Assembly (NCBI RefSeq): GCF_055900595.2
Contig: NZ_CM148325.1
Length of the DNA stretch: 64,000 nt
Strand: one strand, 5' to 3'
Below the pieces are notes generated by a model, which was given only the letters and a program-made list of their open reading frames with translations, did not search any database and was not told the origin of the DNA. Shown here piece after piece: positions 57,084 through 64,000 of this stretch. Within the stretch, counting starts at the first letter, position 1, and each line of letters starts with the position of its first letter. The position numbers were made by a program, and so were the translations under genes.

Positions 57084-57129
57084 ACCTTAACTTAATGATT
57101 TTTACCAAAATCATTAGGGGATTCATCAG

Positions 57130-57138
57130 GGCAAAGTG
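57130..57138. repeat. 9-bp target site duplication (GGCAAAGTG), right copy
   Basis: Identical to 55792-55800. Confidence 0.85.
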
Positions 57139-57604
57139 GGTATTACCGGATTTTGCTATGGCGGTGGTGTATCGAACGCGGCGGCTGTCGCGTATCCGGA
57201 ACTGGCCTGCGCGGTGCCGTTTTATGGTCGTCAGGCACCCACTGCCGATGTGGCGAAGATTGAAGCGCCTTTACTGCTCCACTACGCGGAACTGGATACC
57301 CGAATCAACGAGGGCTGGCCCGCTTACGAGGCGGCGTTGAAAGCCAATAATAAGGTCTATGAGGCGTATATCTATCCGGGGGTTAATCACGGATTCCATA
57401 ATGATTCCACGCCCCGTTATGACAAATCTGCCGCCGATCTTGCCTGGCAAAGGACGCTGAAATGGTTCGATAAATATCTCTCCTGATAGGTTTATCTCTT
57501 ACGGGATTACGTCTTAAACAAGCATGAAAAAATAGCGTGCGCAAAAGTCGTTCTTTGCCTAAAATATCGCTATATATGACAATATATAGCGAATGAGGTG
57601 AACG

Positions 57605-57892
57605 ATGAATAACCATTTTGGTAAAGGCTTAATGGCGGGATTAAAAGCAACGCATGCCGACAGTGCGGTTAATGTGACAAAATACTGTGCCGGTTATAAA
57701 CGCGGTTTTGTATTAGGCTACTCACACCGGATGTACGAAAAGACCGGAGATCGCCAGCTTAGCGCCTGGGAAGCGGGGATTCTGACGCGCCGCTATGGAC
57801 TGGATAAAGAGATGGTAATGGATTTCTTTCGTGAGAATAATTCCTGTTCTACGTTGCGCTTTTTTATGGCCGGTTATCGCCTCGAAAATTGA
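57605..57892 (+). CDS. yghW: DUF2623 protein YghW
   Basis: 95-aa [38 protein letters not shown]... Confidence 0.75.
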   Translation: MNNHFGKGLMAGLKATHADSAVNVTKYCAGYKRGFVLGYSHRMYEKTGDRQLSAWEAGILTRRYGLDKEMVMDFFRENNSCSTLRFFMAGYRLEN

Positions 57893-58080
57893 TCAAACAT
57901 ACGTATTATCTTGCTTTAATTAATTACACTAATGCTTATTCCCTTCGTTTTAGTGCCCCGCCGCAGTATCATGATATCGATAACCATAATAAATGTGTGG
58001 TAAATGGCGCATCGATCGCATTATTGATTTTGCGATTGAGGCAAAATATATGCCAGGTCTTCGCAACGGAATAACTATAA

Positions 58081-59199
58081 ATGACTGGAGATAACACCCT
58101 CATCCATTCTCACGGCATTAACCGTCGTGATTTCATGAAGCTTTGTGCAGCATTAGCCGCCACCATGGGGTTAAGTAGCAAAGCCGCTGCAGAGATGGCC
58201 GAATCGGTTACTAACCCGCAGCGTCCGCCAGTTATCTGGATTGGCGCGCAGGAGTGCACCGGTTGTACGGAATCTCTGCTTCGTGCAACGCATCCAACGG
58301 TAGAAAACCTCATGCTGGAGACGATCTCTCTGGAGTATCACGAAGTGCTTTCCGCCGCCTTCGGTCATCAGGTCGAAGAGAACAAACATAACGCTCTTGA
58401 GAAGTACAAAGGGCAGTATGTGTTAGTGGTAGATGGTTCCATCCCATTAAAAGATAATGGTATTTATTGCATGGTTGCTGGTGAGCCGATTGTGGATCAC
58501 ATCCGCAAAGCGGCGGAAGGCGCAGCAGCCATTATCGCTATCGGTTCCTGCTCTGCGTGGGGCGGTGTTGCTGCAGCTGGAGTTAACCCAACTGGCGCTG
58601 TCAGCCTGCAAGAAGTTCTGCCGGGCAAAACCGTTATCAACATTCCGGGCTGCCCACCGAACCCGCACAACTTCCTCGCGACCGTTGCGCACATCATCAC
58701 TTACGGCAAACCGCCGAAACTGGATGACAAAAACCGTCCGACTTTCGCCTATGGCCGTCTGATTCACGAACACTGCGAACGCCGCCCGCACTTCGATGCT
58801 GGTCGTTTTGCCAAAGAGTTCGGTGATGAAGGCCACCGCGAAGGCTGGTGCCTGTACCACCTCGGCTGTAAAGGGCCAGAAACTTACGGCAACTGCTCAA
58901 CGCTGCAATTCTGCGATGTTGGTGGTGTGTGGCCGGTGGCGATTGGTCACCCGTGCTATGGCTGTAACGAAGAAGGTATCGGCTTCCATAAAGGCATCCA
59001 TCAGCTTGCCAACGTCGAAAACCAGACTCCGCGTTCGCAGAAACCGGATGTTAACGCTAAAGAGGGCGGCAACGTCTCTGCGGGCGCTATCGGTTTGCTC
59101 GGCGGTGTGGTTGGGCTGGTTGCCGGTGTCAGCGTGATGGCGGTGCGTGAACTGGGTCGTCAGCAAAAGAAAGATAACGCTGACTCACGGGGAGAATAA
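58081..59199 (+). CDS. hybO: [NiFe] hydrogenase 2 small subunit
   Basis: 372-aa ORF with Tat signal ([16 protein letters not shown]) and Fe-S cysteine motifs. Confidence 0.95.
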   Translation: MTGDNTLIHSHGINRRDFMKLCAALAATMGLSSKAAAEMAESVTNPQRPPVIWIGAQECTGCTESLLRATHPTVENLMLETISLEYHEVLSAAFGHQVEENKHNALEKYKGQYVLVVDGSIPLKDNGIYCMVAGEPIVDHIRKAAEGAAAIIAIGSCSAWGGVAAAGVNPTGAVSLQEVLPGKTVINIPGCPPNPHNFLATVAHIITYGKPPKLDDKNRPTFAYGRLIHEHCERRPHFDAGRFAKEFGDEGHREGWCLYHLGCKGPETYGNCSTLQFCDVGGVWPVAIGHPCYGCNEEGIGFHKGIHQLANVENQTPRSQKPDVNAKEGGNVSAGAIGLLGGVVGLVAGVSVMAVRELGRQQKKDNADSRGE

Positions 59200-59201
59200 C
59201 C

Positions 59202-60188
59202 GTGAACAGACGTAATTTTATTAAAGCAGCCTCCTGCGGGGCATTGCTGACGGGCGCGTTGCCGTCTGTCAGTCATGCGGCTGCTGAAAACCGCCCGCCA
59301 ATTCCGGGATCGCTGGGGATGTTGTATGACTCGACGCTGTGCGTAGGCTGCCAGGCTTGCGTCACTAAGTGTCAGGATATCAACTTCCCTGAACGTAACC
59401 CACAAGGGGAACAGACCTGGTCGAATAACGACAAACTGTCGCCGTACACCAATAACATTATCCAGGTGTGGACCAGCGGCACGGGAGTCAACAAAGACCA
59501 GGAAGAGAACGGCTATGCGTACATTAAGAAACAGTGTATGCACTGCGTCGATCCGAACTGTGTCTCCGTGTGCCCGGTCTCCGCGCTGAAAAAAGATCCG
59601 AAAACCGGCATTGTCCATTACGACAAAGATGTGTGCACCGGCTGCCGTTACTGCATGGTCGCCTGCCCGTACAACGTGCCGAAGTACGACTACAACAACC
59701 CGTTTGGTGCGCTGCATAAGTGCGAGCTGTGCAACCAGAAAGGTGTGGAACGTCTTGATAAAGGCGGTCTGCCTGGCTGCGTAGAAGTGTGCCCGGCGGG
59801 CGCGGTGATTTTTGGTACGCGTGAAGAGCTGATGGCGGAGGCGAAAAAACGTCTGGCGCTGAAGCCTGGCAGCGAATACCACTATCCGCGTCAGACGCTG
59901 AAATCTGGCGACACTTACCTGCATACGGTGCCGAAATATTATCCGCATCTGTACGGCGAGAAAGAGGGCGGCGGTACTCAGGTACTGGTACTGACGGGTG
60001 TGCCTTATGAAAATCTCGACCTGCCGAAACTGGACGATCTTTCTACTGGTGCGCGTTCCGAACATGTTCAACACACCCTGTATAAAGGCATGATGCTACC
60101 ACTGGCTGTGCTGGCGGGCTTAACCGTGCTGGTTCGTCGCAACACCAAAAACGACCATCACGACGGAGGAGACGATCATGAGTCATGA
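59202..60188 (+). CDS. hybA: hydrogenase 2 4Fe-4S ferredoxin-type component
   Basis: 328-aa ORF with Tat-like signal ([13 protein letters not shown]) and multiple CxxCxxCxxxCP motifs. Confidence 0.92.
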   Translation: MNRRNFIKAASCGALLTGALPSVSHAAAENRPPIPGSLGMLYDSTLCVGCQACVTKCQDINFPERNPQGEQTWSNNDKLSPYTNNIIQVWTSGTGVNKDQEENGYAYIKKQCMHCVDPNCVSVCPVSALKKDPKTGIVHYDKDVCTGCRYCMVACPYNVPKYDYNNPFGALHKCELCNQKGVERLDKGGLPGCVEVCPAGAVIFGTREELMAEAKKRLALKPGSEYHYPRQTLKSGDTYLHTVPKYYPHLYGEKEGGGTQVLVLTGVPYENLDLPKLDDLSTGARSEHVQHTLYKGMMLPLAVLAGLTVLVRRNTKNDHHDGGDDHES

Positions 60189-61356
60189 TCCACAACCGCT
60201 GGGCGGCAAAATCATCAGTAAACCGGTCATGATTTTTGGACCGTTAATCGTCATCTGTATGCTCCTGATTGTGAAGCGTCTGGTGTTCGGTCTGGGCTCT
60301 GTCTCTGACCTGAACGGCGGCTTCCCGTGGGGCGTGTGGATCGCGTTTGACCTGTTGATCGGCACCGGCTTCGCCTGTGGCGGCTGGGCGCTGGCGTGGG
60401 CGGTATACGTCTTTAACCGTGGGCAATACCATCCGCTGGTACGTCCGGCACTGTTGGCAAGTCTGTTTGGTTACTCACTGGGTGGCTTGTCGATCACTAT
60501 CGACGTGGGGCGCTACTGGAACCTGCCGTACTTCTACATTCCGGGTCACTTCAACGTGAACTCGGTACTGTTCGAGACGGCGGTCTGTATGACCATCTAC
60601 ATCGGCGTGATGGCACTGGAGTTTGCTCCGGCACTGTTTGAACGTCTGGGCTGGAAAGTGTCGCTACAGCGTCTGAACAAGGTGATGTTCTTCATCATCG
60701 CGCTCGGCGCGCTGCTGCCAACTATGCACCAGTCTTCAATGGGGTCGCTGATGATCTCGGCGGGCTACAAGGTGCATCCGCTGTGGCAAAGCTATGAAAT
60801 GTTGCCGCTGTTCTCGCTGTTGACGGCGTTCATCATGGGCTTCTCGATTGTCATCTTTGAAGGTTCGCTGGTGCAGGCGGGTCTGCGTGGCAACGGTCCG
60901 GATGAAAAGAGCCTGTTCGTCAAACTGACCAACACCATCAGTGTGTTGCTGGCGATTTTCATCGTGTTGCGCTTTGGCGAGCTGATCTATCGCGACAAGC
61001 TGTCGTTAGCGTTTGCCGGTGACTTCTACTCCGTGATGTTCTGGATTGAAGTCCTGCTGATGCTCTTCCCGCTGGTTGTTCTGCGTGTGGCGAAGCTGCG
61101 TAATGATTCCCGCATGCTGTTCCTGTCAGCATTGAGCGCACTGTTAGGTTGTGCAACCTGGCGTCTGACCTATTCGCTGGTGGCATTCAACCCGGGCGGC
61201 GGTTACGCCTACTTCCCGACCTGGGAAGAACTGTTGATTTCTATTGGTTTTGTGGCTATTGAGATTTGCGCTTACATCGTACTCATTCGTCTACTGCCGA
61301 TACTTCCTCCTTTAAAACAAAACGATCATAATCGTCATGAGGCGAGCAAAGCATGA
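60178..61356 (+). CDS. hybB: hydrogenase 2 integral membrane subunit (NrfD/PsrC-like)
   Basis: 392-aa polytopic membrane ORF; 11-bp overlap with hybA. Confidence 0.92.
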   Translation: MSHDPQPLGGKIISKPVMIFGPLIVICMLLIVKRLVFGLGSVSDLNGGFPWGVWIAFDLLIGTGFACGGWALAWAVYVFNRGQYHPLVRPALLASLFGYSLGGLSITIDVGRYWNLPYFYIPGHFNVNSVLFETAVCMTIYIGVMALEFAPALFERLGWKVSLQRLNKVMFFIIALGALLPTMHQSSMGSLMISAGYKVHPLWQSYEMLPLFSLLTAFIMGFSIVIFEGSLVQAGLRGNGPDEKSLFVKLTNTISVLLAIFIVLRFGELIYRDKLSLAFAGDFYSVMFWIEVLLMLFPLVVLRVAKLRNDSRMLFLSALSALLGCATWRLTYSLVAFNPGGGYAYFPTWEELLISIGFVAIEICAYIVLIRLLPILPPLKQNDHNRHEASKA

Positions 61357-63056
61357 GCCAGAGAATTACTATTGATCCGGTAACCCGAATTGAAGGGCAT
61401 TTACGCATCGATTGCGAAATCGAAAATGGCGTCGTTTCGAAAGCATGGGCTTCCGGTACCATGTGGCGCGGCATGGAAGAGATCGTGAAAAACCGCGATC
61501 CGCGCGATGCATGGATGATTGTGCAACGTATCTGTGGCGTATGTACTACCACTCACGCGCTGTCTTCTGTCCGTGTGGCAGAGAGCGCGCTGAATATCGA
61601 CGTTCCGGTTAACGCGCAATACATCCGTAACATCATTCTGGCTGCGCACACCACGCATGACCATATCGTTCATTTCTATCAGCTTTCAGCGCTGGACTGG
61701 GTGGACATCACTTCTGCACTGCAAGCTGACCCAACCAAAGCCTCGGAAATGCTGAAAGGCGTTTCGACCTGGCATCTGAACAGCCCGGAAGAGTTCACTA
61801 AAGTTCAGAACAAGATCAAAGATCTGGTTGCCAGCGGTCAGTTGGGTATTTTCGCTAATGGCTACTGGGGGCACCCGGCAATGAAACTGCCGCCGGAAGT
61901 GAACCTGATTGCGGTAGCGCACTACCTGCAGGCGCTGGAGTGCCAGCGTGACGCTAACCGCGTCGTGGCGCTGCTGGGCGGTAAAACGCCGCACATTCAG
62001 AACCTGGCGGTAGGTGGTGTCGCGAACCCGATCAACCTCGACGGTCTGGGTGTGCTGAACCTTGAGCGCCTGATGTACATCAAGTCTTTCATCGACAAAC
62101 TGAGCGACTTTGTTGAGCAGGTTTACAAGGTTGATACCGCGGTTATCGCCGCGTTCTATCCGGAATGGCTGACGCGCGGCAAAGGTGCGGTGAACTACCT
62201 GAGCGTGCCGGAATTCCCGACCGACAGCAAAAACGGCAGCTTCCTGTTCCCGGGCGGCTACATTGAGAATGCGGATCTGTCCTCGTATCGCCCGATCACT
62301 TCCCACTCCGATGAATACCTGATCAAAGGCATTCAGGAAAGCGCGAAGCACTCCTGGTATAAAGACGAAGCGCCGCAGGCACCGTGGGAAGGTACCACCA
62401 TTCCGGCTTATGATGGTTGGTCTGACGACGGGAAATATTCCTGGGTGAAATCACCGACTTTCTACGGCAAAACGGTAGAAGTGGGTCCGCTGGCTAATAT
62501 GCTGGTGAAACTGGCGGCAGGTCGCGAATCTACCCAGAATAAACTGAATGAAATCGTTGCGATTTATCAGAAACTGACTGGCAACACGCTGGAAGTGGCG
62601 CAGCTGCACTCCACGCTGGGCCGTATTATTGGTCGTACCGTTCACTGCTGCGAATTGCAGGATATCCTGCAAAACCAATACAGTGCACTGATCACCAATA
62701 TCGGCAAAGGCGATCACACCACCTTCGTGAAACCGAACATTCCGGCAACGGGTGAGTTCAAAGGTGTTGGCTTCCTCGAAGCGCCGCGCGGTATGCTCTC
62801 TCACTGGATGGTTATTAAAGACGGTATCATCAGCAACTACCAGGCGGTTGTTCCATCAACCTGGAACTCTGGCCCGCGTAACTTCAATGATGACGTCGGT
62901 CCTTACGAGCAGTCGCTGGTGGGTACGCCGGTTGCCGATCCGAATAAACCGCTGGAAGTGGTGCGTACCATTCACTCCTTCGACCCGTGCATGGCCTGTG
63001 CGGTACACGTAGTGGATGCCGACGGCAACGAAGTGGTTTCAGTGAAGGTTCTGTAA
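61353..63056 (+). CDS. hybC: [NiFe] hydrogenase 2 large subunit
   Basis: 567-aa ORF; N-terminal RICGVCTTTH and C-terminal DPCMACAVH Ni-binding motifs. Confidence 0.95.
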   Translation: MSQRITIDPVTRIEGHLRIDCEIENGVVSKAWASGTMWRGMEEIVKNRDPRDAWMIVQRICGVCTTTHALSSVRVAESALNIDVPVNAQYIRNIILAAHTTHDHIVHFYQLSALDWVDITSALQADPTKASEMLKGVSTWHLNSPEEFTKVQNKIKDLVASGQLGIFANGYWGHPAMKLPPEVNLIAVAHYLQALECQRDANRVVALLGGKTPHIQNLAVGGVANPINLDGLGVLNLERLMYIKSFIDKLSDFVEQVYKVDTAVIAAFYPEWLTRGKGAVNYLSVPEFPTDSKNGSFLFPGGYIENADLSSYRPITSHSDEYLIKGIQESAKHSWYKDEAPQAPWEGTTIPAYDGWSDDGKYSWVKSPTFYGKTVEVGPLANMLVKLAAGRESTQNKLNEIVAIYQKLTGNTLEVAQLHSTLGRIIGRTVHCCELQDILQNQYSALITNIGKGDHTTFVKPNIPATGEFKGVGFLEAPRGMLSHWMVIKDGIISNYQAVVPSTWNSGPRNFNDDVGPYEQSLVGTPVADPNKPLEVVRTIHSFDPCMACAVHVVDADGNEVVSVKVL

Positions 63057-63550
63057 TGCGTATTTTAGTCTTAGGGGTTGGCAATATTTTGCTGACCGAT
63101 GAAGCCATCGGTGTGCGGATTGTCGAAGCGTTAGAGCAACGATATATTCTGCCAGATTATGTTGAGATCCTCGATGGCGGCACGGCGGGAATGGAGCTGC
63201 TTGGCGACATGGCAAATCGTGATCATCTGATCATTGCGGATGCCATTGTGTCGAAGAAGAGCGCGCCGGGAACGATGATGATCCTGCGGGATGAAGAAGT
63301 TCCGGCGTTGTTTACCAACAAAATCTCTCCGCATCAGCTTGGCCTGGCCGACGTATTGTCGGCCCTGCGCTTCACCGGTGAGTTTCCGAAAAAGCTGACC
63401 CTGGTCGGCGTGATCCCGGAATCGCTGGAGCCACACATCGGCTTAACGCCGACGGTTGAAGCAATGATTGAACCTGCGCTTGAGCATGTTCTGGCTGCGC
63501 TGCGCGAATCAGGCGTGGAAGCCATCCCACGGGAGGCGATTCATGACTGA
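63056..63550 (+). CDS. hybD: hydrogenase 2 maturation endopeptidase
   Basis: 164-aa product from MRILVLGVGNILLTDEAIGVRIVE...; start overlaps hybC stop. Confidence 0.9.
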   Translation: MRILVLGVGNILLTDEAIGVRIVEALEQRYILPDYVEILDGGTAGMELLGDMANRDHLIIADAIVSKKSAPGTMMILRDEEVPALFTNKISPHQLGLADVLSALRFTGEFPKKLTLVGVIPESLEPHIGLTPTVEAMIEPALEHVLAALRESGVEAIPREAIHD

Positions 63551-64000
63551 AGAGATAGCAGGTTTCCAGACCTCCCCGAAGGCGCAAGTACAGGCAGCGT
63601 TTGAAGAAATTGCCCGGCGTTCGATGCACGATCTCTCTTTTCTGCATCCTTCAATGCCGGTGTATGTTTCTGACTTTACGCTGTTCGAAGGTCAGTGGAC
63701 GGGGTGTGTGATCACCCCGTGGATGCTGAGTGCGGTTATCTTCCCCGGCCCGGATCAACTCTGGCCACTGCGCAAAGTGAGTGAAAAAATTGGTCTGCAA
63801 CTGCCGTATGGCACCATGACCTTTACCGTTGGCGAACTGGACGGTGTTTCGCAATACCTCTCCTGCTCGCTGATGTCGCCGCTTTCGCACAGCATGTCGA
63901 TTGAAGAGGGCCAACGCCTGACGGATGACTGCGCACGAATGATCCTTTCGCTGCCAGTCACGAATCCGGATGTACCACACGCAGGGCGTCGCGCCCTGCT
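63543..64000 (+). CDS. hybE: hydrogenase 2-specific chaperone HybE, partial (runs off window end)
   Basis: ATG 63543 (MTEEIAGFQTSPKAQVQAAFEEIARR...), 8-bp overlap with hybD; open to the window edge. Confidence 0.8.
   Translation, partial: MTEEIAGFQTSPKAQVQAAFEEIARRSMHDLSFLHPSMPVYVSDFTLFEGQWTGCVITPWMLSAVIFPGPDQLWPLRKVSEKIGLQLPYGTMTFTVGELDGVSQYLSCSLMSPLSHSMSIEEGQRLTDDCARMILSLPVTNPDVPHAGRRAL

Larger units (their letters stand above)
55801..57129 (-). mobile_element. IS10 (1329 bp), outside end at 57129, inside end at 55801
   Basis: Ends match the IS10 inside end (ctgagagatcccctcataatttccccaaa) and outside end (reverse complement of ctgatgaatcccctaatgattttggtaaaaatcattaagttaaggtggatacacatcttgtcatatgatcaaatggtttcgc); 402-aa IS10 transposase. 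Confidence 0.92.
55258..57486 (+). pseudogene. yghX: dienelactone hydrolase-family gene yghX interrupted by IS10
   Basis: N-terminal part 55258-55800 and C-terminal part 57139-57486 are in the same frame once the 1338 bp (IS10 + one 9-bp duplication) are removed, restoring ...[21 protein letters not shown]... Confidence 0.75.

Noticed and set aside
59160-60074. 304-aa minus-strand ORF antisense to hybA
   Set aside because: Antisense artefact; hybA on the plus strand has clear Fe-S cluster motifs and operon context.

Overview
This window reads as Escherichia coli core chromosome, in reverse orientation relative to the K-12 map as I recall it, running from ttdT through the hyb (hydrogenase 2) operon. 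Gene identities come from reading the six-frame translations against remembered E. coli protein sequences; no database search was run. Gene order is ttdT-ttdBA/ttdR-plsY-folB-uppP-cca-ygiM-[IS605-family IS]-ygiF-glnE-hldE-[Sib/Ibs repeats]-yqiKJ-glgS-ubiK-ribB-[IS200]-zupT-ygiD-ygiCB-tolC-nudF-yqiB-cpdA-yqiA-parE-ygiN-mdaB-ygiZ-qseCB-ygiWV-parC-plsC-ftsP-ygiQ-yqhHG-dkgA-yqhDC-yghB-metC-exbBD-yghA-yqhA-gpr-yghX::IS10-yghW-hybOABCDE. I did not find a convincingly novel multi-gene system. The most interesting content is accessory: (1) an IS200/IS605-family element with divergent, apparently intact tnpA and tnpB between ygiM and ygiF; (2) two tandem Sib/Ibs type I toxin-antitoxin units whose 19-aa toxin ORFs are missed by the ORF track; (3) an IS200 copy that appears to sit between ribB and its terminator; (4) an IS10 copy with a perfect 9-bp target duplication splitting yghX. 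Relative to my memory of K-12, the yqiGHI/ygiL fimbrial cluster and the ygiS-mqsRA module are absent here; those comparisons are from memory, not alignment. No rRNA, tRNA or CRISPR array was seen.
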